Positions 25,200-37,671 of a DNA stretch of 64,000 bases are shown here, piece after piece; the stretch's first letter is position 1, and each line of letters opens with the position of its first letter. Source of the DNA: Camelus ferus (taxonomy: Eukaryota); contig NC_045697.1 in assembly GCF_009834535.1 (NCBI RefSeq), positions 112,098,001 to 112,162,000 of the forward strand, given 5' to 3'. The notes under the pieces are model-generated. The model was not told where the DNA came from and did not search any database. It saw only the letters and a list, made by a program, of their open reading frames with translations. A program made the translations under genes and the position numbers.

Positions 25200-26058
25200 T
25201 TCTTTTTATTAATTGAAGTATAGTCAGTTTACAATGTTGTGTAAATTTCTGGTGTACAGCATAGCATTTCAGACAGATATATTCCTTTTTATATTCTTTT
25301 TCATTATAGGTTACTACAAGATATTGAATGTAATTCCCTGTACTATATGGTATAAACTTGCTGTTTATCTATTTTATGTATAGTAGTTAGTATCTAGAAA
25401 CCTCATACTTCCAATTTATCCCTTCCAACTCCCTTCCCTCCTTGGTAACCATAAGTTTGTTCTCTATGTCTGTTAATGTGTTTCTCTGTTGTAAATAAGT
25501 TCTTTTGTGTCTTTTTTTTTTAAAGACTCCACATATGAGTAATATCATATGGTATTTTTCTTCCTCTTTCTGCCTTATTTCACTTAGAATGATAATCTCC
25601 AGGTCCATCCATGTTGCTGCAAATGGTATTATTTTATTCTTTTATGGTTGAGTAGTATTCCATTGTATAAATATACCACAGCTTCTTTATCCAGTCATCC
25701 AGACATTTAGGTAGATTCCATGTCTTGGCTATTGTAAATAATGCTGCTGTCAATATTGAGGTGCATATATCTTTTCAAATTAGAGTTCTCTCCAGATATA
25801 TGCCCAGGAGTGGAATTGCTGGGTCATATGGTAAGTCTATTTTTAGTTTTTTGAGGAATCTCCATACTGTTTTCCATAATGGCTGCACCAAACTACATTC
25901 CCACCAGCAGTGCAGGAGGGGTCCCTTTTCTCCACAGCCTCTCCAGCATTTATCATGGACTTCTGAATGATTGTTATTGACTGGTGTGAAGTGATACCTT
26001 ATTGTAGTGTTGATTTGCATTTCTCTGATAAGTAGTGCTATTGAGCATTTTTTCAAGT
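25200..26058 (-). mobile_element. Camelid LINE-1 3' portion, 5'-truncated, with TSD
   Basis: ORF2 C-terminus ([39 protein letters not shown]) and 3'UTR. atgcaagg is duplicated at 25190-25197 and 26060-26067. Confidence 0.93.
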
Positions 26059-26239
26059 TATGCAAGGATTTCTGATAGAAGCACAGAGGCAAGCATCTCT
26101 GGGGTGGAGGCATCTTATCAAACGTCGGAGCCAGTGCCACTAAGGATTCAACGGATCCAATCCAAAGAACAGCAGACATGCCCTTATAGACCAGAGCATT
26201 CTCTGTATTTGGATTTTTTTCTGATTTGGGGGGATTCTA

Positions 26240-26405
26240 TGTCCTGGCTGCACATTAGAAATATGTGCACATTATAAGTATCTGGGGGAGCTTTTTTAAA
26301 AGTCTAAGGATTGGGTCCCATCCTAGTCTAATTAAGTCAGAATATCCAGGGATGAGATCCAGACACGGGTACTTTTGAAAAGCTCTGTGGGTCATTCTGT
26401 TGTGC
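26240..26405. mobile_element. MER5-like hAT-Charlie MITE
   Basis: cctggctgcacattagaa..ctgggggagcttttttaaaa...taattaagtcagaatatccaggg...ttttgaaaagctctgtgggtcattctg. Confidence 0.7.
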
Positions 26406-29289
26406 TTTAAAGCCATATTCAAGCTAAGGTTTAACTTGCAGTCACATTAGGGGGCTGACATAGTCCCCAGAAATGCATTCAAAACATCATAGCATGACCT
26501 TCCACTGTCAGTGGGCTACCAAAATGGTTATAAATTGTGTTCTCTTCCTTCAGTACCCTCCCTGCCCAGCACAGCAAACTCCCTCCCCAAGGCACAGCTT
26601 CCAAACAACTACAAAATGCCAATTTGACTGAAAGGTCAAATCAAAGTAAGACCAGGGTGAACAGCTGAGCCTTGTATTGTGCCCAGAACAGCCTCTAGCT
26701 TGAAAGGCCTAAACACACAGACATGACCAGAGGGAGAGAAATGGCACAGCAGAAATGTTCTAGGCAGACAGAAGCCTTTTCTCAATCTCATTTTCTCTTA
26801 TTTCAGTTGAGTCGGGTTGTCAGGGTTCTCCCTGTGTGCTTCCCGTGTCGTCGCACTGTCTTTTCACTGATGCTTCTGCTTAATTGTCTTCTCTTTCCCC
26901 AGAATTTGAACCCAAGGTAAAGTTACTAGGAAAAACCTTATATATCCTGAACCAGTTAATACTGAAAAACTTTATGTGATCAAATCAAGCCTTTCTGCCC
27001 AGCTATCACCCAGAATGCCCGGTCCACAGCACTCCACAGAGGCTGACTCCAGGGCTGGGGCCCACCTCTCAGGCCCGCCATGTTTGGTGACCAGAAAGGA
27101 GCAGCCTTGGGCTGCTCCTTCCTATTTGAGATTCACCACTTGTGCTGACTGGAGTAGACAGATTGCAACTGTGGTAACACCTCTATTTGTTCCAGTTGGT
27201 TCTTTCACTCCCTACTGGGCCATTTTATAAATTGGCAGTTATAAGTAATGACAAAGAGACCCTCTTAAGGTTGGCAGGTGTGATGAGTCAGTAACAAGCC
27301 GACATCTCACCTGCAGTAAAACAGTCTCTCAGCTGTCCCCCTGAGATGGAGAAAAGCCTCTCCATCTTTATCAGCTCCCCCTCGTAAGCCCTGAAATCTC
27401 AGTTTCTCTTGACCATGAACCTTGACTCTTGGTTTGATTTAATCTCATAGGAGCCTCTATTTTTTTTTTTTTTTTTTTTTGCTCTATTAAAAGCCTAAGC
27501 TATTTAAAGGGAAATATGGTGAGCTGGTGCACTTATTGACTTCATTTTGGCACGTAAATTCACTGGCTGCTAGGAAACATAATCCACCAGGATGGAAAGA
27601 GCCACTGGTGAGCAGCTCTTGGGCAGATTAGCAGTTCAAGGTTGGCTTGGTTGACGGCCATCAAATTCAACAACCCAGAGCTGAATCCACCAATTCATTA
27701 TTGAGAAAAAAGCTCAATTGTTTATGGAGTCATCGTAATTTTACAGTTGAATCCACTCTATCATCTTGTCATCTATTGAACTTTAGAAGAACAGATTTAT
27801 TATTTATTTGCATTTATTTTATTTAATTATATTTTGTATATGACATCAAAGGCAAATGGTGTAGATTTTAATCTAGTCTTTCACATAGTCTATTCCTGTG
27901 TTCCAGGCACTAGTAACTGATTTTCTAGAATATTAATCAAATCAGTTTAAACTGATGAAGGCCTTTGGTTTGGTAATATTATAATTCAAACTTAAAAAAA
28001 TTTTTTTTGAGTGGCTGTTGGTCCTCATGGGCTTGTTTTGTTTTGAGTTACCACTTTTGGGCACATTTCTGGCACTAAATTCAATAATAAATTCTCTTCA
28101 CTAATCTCCCAGAAAAGTCAGCTTAATTTTCATATACTTGGACTGTAACAGCTTTTTAAAGCAATATGGATTAACAGGGAGGGTTCAGAATTCTTGCACC
28201 TATTATTAAAAGGAGCTATAATCCATTATTACACCTATGATATCATTAGGGACTCTTAATCCAGTGATTATTCACCTGCCAGACAGAGAATGAGTCACAC
28301 TTCTTTAGAAACACTGTGATTTATCATCTTAATAGGAATTTGAGTATTTTAGAAATGAGATGGTCTATAATCTCAGGATTCTTTTCTGCTGTTGCCAGAA
28401 TGGTTATTCCCTGGGAGGTCTGTATAATGAACAATTAGCAGGATACGCCAAATGAATGGTGCCTCTGCTGCTCATCCAGGATTGCTTTTTCATTTTTCTT
28501 ATAAATCCCTCTAGGCATTAGGCCACCGTGGAGTAATGACCAATGACTTATTGCTTTTAAAGAGGAAAGGATCCAAATCCATCTCTGCTTTGCACCTTTC
28601 TCCTTGTTTCATAATACACATGACCCGATACCTGCAGTAGTCTTTCTAAATGAACACCTCATCTCTTTGTGGTCTTCTTTGTGTCTGTCAGCAGTCCACT
28701 CCCAACTCTTGGAACCACAATAAAGAGTAGGAGAACCACACCAAAGTTATAGACCAGGCATAGAGTTGACTTGCAATAAAGAAGGAATCCTGAAGGTCTT
28801 AAGAAAATTATTGTGTTTCTCGAGATTATTTCAACATCGAAGATATTACTTATTGAGTGTTGAGTTCTCTGTTAGAGAGCAAGCCAAGGGTGTCCCTGGC
28901 TCTATTTAGTTCAGATTCTGAAGATCACTGGGGACATTGGTCTGGGTTGGTAGTGGAGAAGCATGTCAGAATTTCTAGGATCAAGACCAGAAACATCTAA
29001 ACCCTGCATGGCCAGGAATAAACAGTATCAGCCTTATTGATGCTTGAAATAGCAGTCAGAAGTGATGTCTTCCAGGCATTGCCCTGTTGCAGTAACTGGT
29101 TGAAAGTTGAGGGTTGGAAACAGCGGTGCTTTTTTGATAACAGGGACAACTACTGTTTTGTCCCTTCCCTTCCAGGAGCAGTTTTCTCCATTCCGTTAGG
29201 GAGCTTCATTTCCTTCCACTTCAGTTAATTTTTTTTAATTTAGTTCTTTTGGTCACAGGAATAATGGTATAACCCAAGCTGGAGTACTT

Positions 29290-29348
29290 AGAGTACTTGT
29301 TTATTTTTGATTGTTGCATGTGCTTTAGATGTTATAACCAAAAAAACA

Positions 29349-29381
<33 letters not shown>

Positions 29382-29812
29382 AAACTTTTGCCAAGACAAT
29401 TTCAAGGATCTTTTTCCTTATGTTTTCTTCCAAGAATTTTCTGATTTCTGGTTTCACATTTAAGTCTTTAATCTGTCTGAATTTATTTATTTTGTGATTG
29501 GTGTAAGATACAGTCTAGTTTTATTCTTTTACATATAAATATCCAATTTTCCCAACACCATTTATTGAAGAGACTGTGTTTTCTCCATTGAGTATCCTTG
29601 GCTCCTTAGTCAAATATTAACTACTGTATATGCATGGGTTTATTTCTGGGCTCTCGATTCTATTTCATTGGTCTATATATTTGTTTTTATGCCAATACCA
29701 TTCTGTTTTGATTACTATAGCTTTATAATATAGCTTGAAATCAGGAAATGTGATGCCTCCAGCTTTTCTCTCCTTCCTCAGGATTGCTTTGGCTATCAAG
29801 GTACTTTGTAGT
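29290..29812 (-). mobile_element. LINE-1 ORF2 internal fragment
   Basis: ttttcccaacaccatttattgaagagactg...tgaaatcaggaaatgtgatgcctccagct, homologous to 10770-11250. Confidence 0.9.
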
Positions 29813-30526
29813 ATCTATGATGGATTTTTGAAACATCAGGGAAAACAGCCACTATCACTAAAACTAATACACTCAAATGAAAATGTTTAATTCTAAGTAT
29901 TTTTCCTCAGTAATAAAAATGTTTGTTCTATGAAGACAAATTTTGATTAAAACTTTAAAATATTGTACAAGTATGAAATATACTTTTTATTCATAAAAAT
30001 TAATTGAGCAGTATATTGAAGTAAGGGATTATGCAATTTAGTTGTCACTATTCCTGTCTTAATTTATTTAAAGACTGAAAAAAATCAAGACAAAATATTC
30101 TGCCTTCTTCTTTCACAACTGGTTTCTATGTTTAGAATGAATAATCTCAAAAATAATGTTCATTTTTGGCTTCAGAAGCAGTTACTATTATCATAACTTA
30201 GACTATCTTAAATAATGCAAGATGTACGCAGTACCCGAGTGTCGTTCTGTGAGGTAATTGGGGAGTTGTACTTCAAAACCTCACCAGGCTCCTGAGAGTC
30301 ATTGTGGTTGGAATGATAGACCACATTTATTACATCCCTGCGTCGTTTGTGACTTGTTGCCCTGAGAGATTTTCTTTCGGTCACACTGATTGGGACTGAG
30401 ATTTTGGAGGCATCAGCAAAGATGATCAAACGAAAGAACTGGGGTCTCTGCAGCCTGACAGGGTTGAGTATGAAAACAGAGAAAAAAATAAGATTCTTGT
30501 TTTGGGAGTGAATCGAAGCTATGTTT

Positions 30527-30669
30527 GGGTGAAGGGTATAGCTCAGTGGTACAGTGCATGCTTAGCATGCATGAGGTCCTGGGTTCAATCATCAGTATTG
30601 CCAATTATAAATGAATCAATAAATAAATCTAATTACCTTCCCACTCCTTGCAAAAAAAAAAAAAAAAAG
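30527..30669 (+). mobile_element. Camelid tRNA-derived SINE (Vic-1 type)
   Basis: gggtatagctcagtggtacagtgcatgcttagcatgcatgaggtcctgggttcaatc (Pol III A and B boxes), (AAAT)n linker, ctaattacc, polyA tail. Confidence 0.9.
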
Positions 30670-31171
30670 ACCTAAGAAAAGAAATGGGTACTTAAACCTG
30701 GGAAATTTGGTCTAAAGGGGTTAAAAAAAAGGGGGGGGGGGGCAGCATGAGCATGCTGTTGGAAAAATTCAGAGTAAGAAGAGACCCAGATATCTGCTCA
30801 ACTAGACATAGTTGGAGGTCTGGGTAAGCAAATTTGGGGAGGTTGGGAATATCCTGGGATGACTATTAGGGACCCGGATGTGGGAATATTGGGATATTCC
30901 AGGAATCTAGACTTCGAGTAGACACGGACCTCAGACAGGGAATTTCATCACTGGAGGGGCTGTGCTTAGTGCCAGAACCTGGATAATGCATGAGTTAAAT
31001 CACCAAGGACCTGGGTGCCAGTCAGGAAGCTCATAGAGTACTGAATTTGGAGAAGAGCCCCATTACGGTGAATTCAGTCAATCCCAAATTGCTGTGGGCT
31101 TCCTATGCTCTAAAGAAGATGCTGGATTGTTTCCAACTTTGACTAGAAAAGGACTGAAACTAGTTTCACTG

Positions 31172-31380
31172 TTACTAATAGCAGCTAAGAATTACTGAGG
31201 ACTTTCTATATTCTAAGCACCATCTAAGCTCTTCAAATGTATTAACTCATTCAAATCTCACAGCAGCCCTGTAAGGAAGGTTCTATTTTTATCTACATTT
31301 TACAGGAAAAGAAGTCAAGGCTGAGTAACTTGCCCACAGTCATATAACTGGTACATGGGGAATGTAACCAGGCAGCCTAT
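31172..31380 (-). mobile_element. MIR SINE
   Basis: aatagcagctaa...attaactcattcaaatctcacagcagccctgtaaggaagg...acattttacag...gtaacttgcccacagtcat. Confidence 0.8.
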
Positions 31381-31440
31381 GGTCATCGTCACGTTGGCAT
31401 CGTGCGATTACAGTCTACTTAAGGTACCAAGGTCAAACAC

Positions 31441-31799
31441 TGCCCCAGGTTGGGATTTCTGGGAAGCAGATTCTGAGATGGAGTTTAGTAGGCAATGTTT
31501 TTATTAGGAAGTGCCCTTGAGATCAACACCTGCGGGAAGGGAAGTGGGATTAGGCAGAGGAAGAAGTCAAACCCTCGGGAGCTCTACAGCTAAAATGGCC
31601 TGAGACAGTTGTCCTGTGCTGGAATGAAATGGCCTGAGCTGCCCCCAGGAAGGGTGAGATCTTGGGCAGGGCAGCCCTCTGTGGCTGAGCCTTCATGAAG
31701 GAGCTGGTCGTGAGGCTGCCTATTGACACTGCTCCTAGGAGATGGGGGACTTTCTTGGAGGGGTCTGATCTGGATAGTGCATCTCTATGTCCATTGCAA
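31441..31799 (-). mobile_element. ERVL LTR16-like solo LTR
   Basis: ggttgggatttctgggaagcagattctgagatggagtttag...tttattaggaagtgcccttgagatcaacacctg. Confidence 0.75.
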
Positions 31800-31870
31800 G
31801 GACACTCATATTTTCTAAAAGTACCTAGAAAACATTAATTAAGATTTATTCTGCTACTCTTGTCCCTTCG

Positions 31871-32000
31871 TAGAGTGACCTTAAATCCCAATTTGCTCAA
31901 CTCAGTCATGGTTTACTCTTGTATTTCTAGGGTGATTAATAGCTTTGCCTTTTACTCTTGAAAGTATCCCGGTTGGTTGTAAATTATTTTGTTTTCCTGA
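31871..32000. mobile_element. MER94-like hAT-Blackjack MITE
   Basis: tagagtgacc...attaatagctttgccttttactcttgaaagtatcccggttgg...aaattat. Confidence 0.6.
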
Positions 32001-33512
32001 TGCTCTTCTGCTTCTCATTGACCCTCTACTAACAATCTTACATTAATTTAGTTTATAGAAAAAAATTATTTTTAGAGAAATATGGGCCATGTGTTTACAA
32101 AATCTTTTAATGATAAAGCAATCACTGTCTGCCATGATTTATCTGTTATAAGCATATTAGCTGAAAGAAAAACTGGATTGCGGATTTGCCCCTTCACCTC
32201 TCAGGGCTGGGCTCAGATGTAACACTGATTGTGTTTTGAGCTTCATCAAGACCCTCCTGCCAGCTTGCACACCTTGGTCATAAAAGATCACGTCTAGTCC
32301 CTGGATTGGGGCCAAGGATGAACCATCAATTCTCTCCATTCTCTTCTCCCTCTAAAGTTTGGTCTAAACACAAAATGTCTATACACAAAATGTCACAAGT
32401 AATATTTGCCACAGACACACAAACTCATGAAATAGATGTCTTGGGGTCACTTACCCATCAGTTTATCAGATGTTAAGATAACATTTTCAAAAAGTTAAAT
32501 AGGTAAGTCTCTTAGTAGGTACATGTTAAAGATTCAGGGACCTATTTAACTTATTAATGATACAGAATGTTGAAGCTGATTACTTGTGGCAAATGATGGA
32601 TGGAATAAGAAAGCTAAGTAATTTTGAGTCAAAAGTGGCTAATGTCCTACAGGACAATACAGTGGTGGTCATCTTTGGGCTATCTTATATCTTCTAATAG
32701 ACAGAGATCATTTTCAAATGCCTGGACACAAATAATTTGCAATTTATCCATTTTCTACAAGACAATATCTAATTTTTCAGAATCTGAGCCCTAATAGCTA
32801 GAAAATAATAATTCACAAGTAAAAGAAGTAAAATCAAATAAAGTCATATCTCCTAGGGAGTCAAACAACCCTCAGGGAGTTGGATTCTCCTCAGGAGAAC
32901 TTGTTAGAATTTGGAAGAGCCTGCTGGAATAAACTTGCCCTAGTTTCGAGTTTTGGACATAATGGATGCACCATGTTTTCCTAATACCATGACAGGATTC
33001 CAATTCCTTCTTCAGGCTGAACTGGTCTCCACACGTAGGAGCTCAGAAATAGAGTTCACACTTAGGAACACTTCTCATAGTTTACCTTAAACTGTGTTTG
33101 TTTGTTTGTTTTCTTTATTTATGTTTTTGTTGTAAGTATGACTTTTCACATAAGCTTTCTTATATCTGTTGGGAACGACCACTGGTTATAGAAAAAATTA
33201 GCAAATAAAAATACACGTAGTACATCAAATACCATGTAATCAGAAGTTTATAATGCTAACTTGATGAAAATGTCCTTTAACTTGAACGTGTCTATAATTA
33301 ACGTAAACTTTTTAAAGATAAAATGATATAAAGAAAAAGTAAATCAAATAATTCAAAAATCAATTGCTTGAAGTTTTTAGTGATTATGAAAATTAGACTC
33401 TCACAAACTTCGATTTGAACTCTAGTTTTAGTCTGTTAGTTATATGACCATAAGCTAAGTACTTAAACTACAGTTTATTTCTTTATCTTAAAATGGAGTT
33501 AAGGTAACCAGG

Positions 33513-33899
33513 TGTTATGGGCAGAATTGTGTCCCCTCAAAAATTCATCTCTTGAAGTCCTAACCCCCAGCACCTCAGGATATGACCATCTTTGGAAATC
33601 AGGTGTTTAAGGAGGCTTAGTTAAACAGTGGTTATTAGTGGCCCTGATCTGATATATCTGGTGTCCTTAGAAGAAAATTTGAATACAGATGTGGATAGAG
33701 GGAAGATATGAAAAGACAGGGAGAAGAGGTGATCGGTAAGCAGACCCTGGAATAGATCTCTTCCTTGCAGCCCTCAGCAGGAACCAACTCTGCTGACATC
33801 TTGGTCTCAGACGTCTCGCCTCCAGAACTACAAAAAAATAATAAATGTCTGTTGTTTAAGGCAGGTAGACTGTGATGGTGGCCCTAGAAAACCAAGAGA
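33513..33899 (+). mobile_element. MaLR solo LTR (MLT1B-like), next to a MIR fragment
   Basis: tgttatgggcagaattgtgtcccctcaaaaattcat..ttgaagtcctaacccccagcacctcag...aataaatgtctgttgtttaag. 5-bp TSD ccagg/tcagg. Confidence 0.88.
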
Positions 33900-35809
33900 T
33901 CAGGGCTAATATCTGGCTGGTAGGTCACCTCCAGGACATATTGTAGTTATGATCTGTGTCTGTACTGGTATGTACTGATAAATCAATGCCTGTGCTGTGA
34001 TTGCCGTCAGCATGTGAATATTATCTCTGATAATGCCCATCACATAGAGCCTTGTCAAGTGCCAAGCACAGTTCCTCCTGTACAGTAAGCACTCACTAAG
34101 CCATGTTGATTAACATCTACATTCTAATTAACCCTGGGTTAAGTTGATCAATACAAACAGGCCAGGTAACACATCTTCTCCCAAGTGAACGGCTGAGGAA
34201 ACTAAATTTGTAGAGTATGATGAGGTGGTGTTTTATAAGAATGGAAAAGTTTCAGAAAGGTGAGAATATTTGATAAGCTGTATGCCAACTTGGGAATTTT
34301 TCTTTTTTAAAAAAATAGAATTACTGATATCAGAGGAAGAACCAATTTTGAAAATTTTAATTCCACGTCTTTACGTCAAACTTTCAAGCGTACTGATTAA
34401 ATTAAAAACAATTGTCCTGAGAGTAGGATCTTCTTCATAAGAATATTAGGAGCCCCAGTAGCTCAATACGGGGACAACTTAGTCTGCATTACATTTTTGG
34501 CGAGATCATTGATTTCTGAAAAACTTCCCTAATTCTACATGTGGATACCATATGGCACATAACATATCAGCCCACTAGGGTTTCAAGGCACTTTCTGAGT
34601 TTTAATTAAAAATTAAATATTTTGTTAAGTGCATATACTTTGTGCATATAAACATTAACAATAATGTAATTGTATGTAATGTGGAGATTTTTCTACTTTC
34701 AAAGCAGGAGGGAGTAAAAGAACTGGCTAATCTCCTGTTTGGTGCAGCGGCAGTTTTTGCCAACTGGCTTTTCTCCAGAACTATTACTTGTTAATATTCC
34801 TAAACGTGCTATGATCATTGCTGTCCAATATCAGAACAGTCTACGTGATCTGAAGTATCTACAATGAACCGAGGACAAGCATATTGCCCTCGCTTGTGGA
34901 TTATTTTGTTCTTTTCTGTAGGAGGAAGCAAGAACTAAACTGATTAACAAGCAATACTTATTAATTATTTAAATATGTCTTACAGGCCATAGAAGGCATC
35001 AACAGTCAAGGGCAGTAGCTACTCATGAAGAAATTTGGAACTGGTTTTTCCAGTGAAAGGAAACTTTTACTAAATCCTAAGCCATTTTCTACATTAATCT
35101 ACGTTTTTGAAGACATAGTTGTTTTTTCAGAGAGTATTGTCTCATTACCTATATTTTTAAGTGGCTCATAAAGGAAATGAGTCTTTAGATAGATCCCAGT
35201 CATGTTGAGCACCTTGCTTTACTCTGCACTGAAACTCACTTACAAAAATACTCATTCATAAAGTCTTCAGAGTTTTTCCAGGAAGGCACAGAGTAAATGC
35301 AAACTATTCATTATCATGGGAACATTTAAACATTTTTCTCTGGTTGCTGTTAGGCTTCAGAGAATGTCTGTTATCTACTAAGAAGTTCACATTGACCATC
35401 TTTAAGAAATTTCAAACGATTGGTGGTGTTGAATCTAATTTACCAAATTACTTTTTTGTGTGTGTGCAAGAGTCACATTAACCTCTCTGCCTCCTAAATA
35501 TTTATTTTATTAAACCTAGGTCTCTATCTGCCATACTGTGGAAGTATCTTGTGGAAAATCACAGAAAATTAAACTTGGTTATCTATTGTTGATTTGATAT
35601 TCCATCTTCAATGACTGCTTTCTCAGAGGTCATACATCCAAGCTTCTGTAATGCACATCACTGAATTGTTTTTACCAAAAATAGTATATTTCAGATCAGG
35701 GAAATAAGTTAAGATGCATCTTATTGAGGCCAACATGATCAGATTGCAAAAGTAATTCAGATACCATATATATACATATATATATTAATTTTTCAAAGTG
35801 ACTGGTTTA

Positions 35810-36035
35810 TAGTCGGTCCAAGTATCAAGAACCTGTATTTACCCAATTGTGCACAGCAGGAACAGGACAGAAGTCACACAGGACTAACAGCAGTGGGGAA
35901 ATCAAGCCCAAACTGCTTAGATTCTTTATTAATTAAGCACTCAAAGCCAGGTTTCTTTATCCTGTCAATTCCTCACAAATTTGTTTCTTTGTCTAAAAAA
36001 TATGAAAGCTGCCTGCTTTGGAACTTCTCCCTCGC
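35810..36035 (+). mobile_element. Possible ERV1 LTR fragment
   Basis: caattcctcacaaatttgtttctttgtctaaaaaatatgaaagctgcctgctttgg resembles an ERV1 LTR TATA region. Confidence 0.35.
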
Positions 36036-36369
36036 CAACGAGCTCATTAAAAATAATGAAGTAGATCCATATTTCTAGAATGGAAGCAAATGGTAGACTA
36101 ATATGTATTGGATAATACTAACCATTTAAACAAAATTTCAAAGATTCCCCTTTGTATGTCTTTGATCTTGGAAGGAAATCTAGAAATCTAGAAGTTTCCA
36201 GCGAAAAGCTGGGCTGTGGATTTGAGGGGGAAAACTTTACTTTTATATTCTTAAGTAATGCTTGATTTTTTTGTTTGTTCCTATTGCTGTTTTACTTTTA
36301 TAATTTAAAAAGTGAATCGGATCATTTTAAAGATGAGTTGGTTTTCCCCGACCCTGCTTTCTCAATGGT

Positions 36370-36790
36370 GCGCTGTAGGGTGGGAGGTTTAAACTAACAG
36401 AAAATTCAACTTAAATCAGCTTATTCAAAAAGCAGAAAATGTTTTCATTTTTCATCTCTGATGTTCCCTGTAAGTTGGCCTCATCCCAAGTTCACAATGT
36501 TGTGAAGCGGAGGGCTGCTGCCAGCAGCCAAGCTCACGTCCTCATGGCCTTTCCATTGGTCCCTAGAGGACTTTTCTCCCCAGTCACATGGAGGAACTCT
36601 AATTATCACAGTTGTATGATTTGTCAAGACTCAGCGCCTAACACAAGGAGTGGCGTTTGCAGACACGTGTGACGTGACTTCCTCAAGACCCAAAGCCAAC
36701 TATCACGACAAGGGAAACACAACCAGAGCAGAAAGGGTAGCCTGTTTCCCAAATAAGACAGAAGTGCTAGGCACGTGAAAACCACAACAC
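36370..36790 (-). mobile_element. Old MaLR LTR (MLT1J/K-like)
   Basis: taacagaaaattcaacttaaatcagcttattcaaaaag...ggctgctgccagcagc...gtttcccaaa...gaagtgctaggc. Confidence 0.45.
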
Positions 36791-37612
36791 ACACACACAC
36801 ATACACTCAATATCTGGGAGGTATTTAGAGATATTATTTTGACTAATAAAATATAAATCATTTAAATGAGTTAATAAATCAATAGTAGCTTTTGTCTTTG
36901 TAGATTTTCTCAAGTATTAGATTATAAAAATATAAGTTCCTTTTTGTAAAAAGGGATAAACCATTTTATTAATATTAAAAAATTTCCTCATGTTCAAAAA
37001 GTTGAAATCTCTGGTTGAGGTCTGAGCTAGACTGTTGGCAGTGTTAATGGAAAGGATGTTCAGTTGGAGAGGGATTTTAATAGTGGGAAGTAGAGAGGTT
37101 GGAAAGTGTCAATTATGAGGACAGAGAATAGGCAAGAGTAAAATCTACATTGTTTCATGTTTTGGTAGTTGTTTTAAAAACTTGACAATGAAATGAAAGG
37201 GTCCAGATATATGAAAGTCAAGAATCAAGGCTTAGTAACAAATATTTTGTCTTTCTGCTTCATATTTTACTCAATACACTTATGGAGAAATAATATATCT
37301 TTATTATTGTTTATTTAAGACATGAGGATTATTGTGTGTAAAAGACAGCCTGGGAATGCCAAACTCAGGGAGAAATGAGCAAATTAGGGAGACACATGCA
37401 GGACTTTTGGATTTGGGCTTGGTTTCTGCAAGGAACATTTTCTATAGCAAATGCTTGATGGTACAACTAAAATACTTTTGGCAGAACTGTAGAGAGAAAA
37501 TCCCTCTGGCTTCCAAGGACAAGAAAGAATAATTTAATAGTGACACTGTGTTCTGGGCTGCTCTTTTGGTCAGAGAGTGGGTACACTTGCAGCTGTGAGT
37601 AAACTGAGGTAC

Positions 37613-37671
37613 ACCAGGACCTGGTGCGTGCTAAGCCCACACTCTATCACTGAGCTACTACCCTCCCTCCC
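37613..37671 (-). mobile_element. Truncated camelid SINE head
   Basis: ccaggacctggtgcgtgctaagcccacactctatcactgagctactaccctccc is the reverse complement of the SINE 5' part. B box and tail are missing. Confidence 0.8.

Noticed and set aside
30208..30470. CpG-containing stretch with a 73-aa minus-strand ORF, considered as a viral or pseudogene fragment
   Set aside because: No recognisable motif, TSD or tail.
30527..30600. tRNA gene
   Set aside because: It has A and B boxes but continues into an (AAAT)n linker and polyA, and recurs at 37613 and 47614. It is a SINE head.
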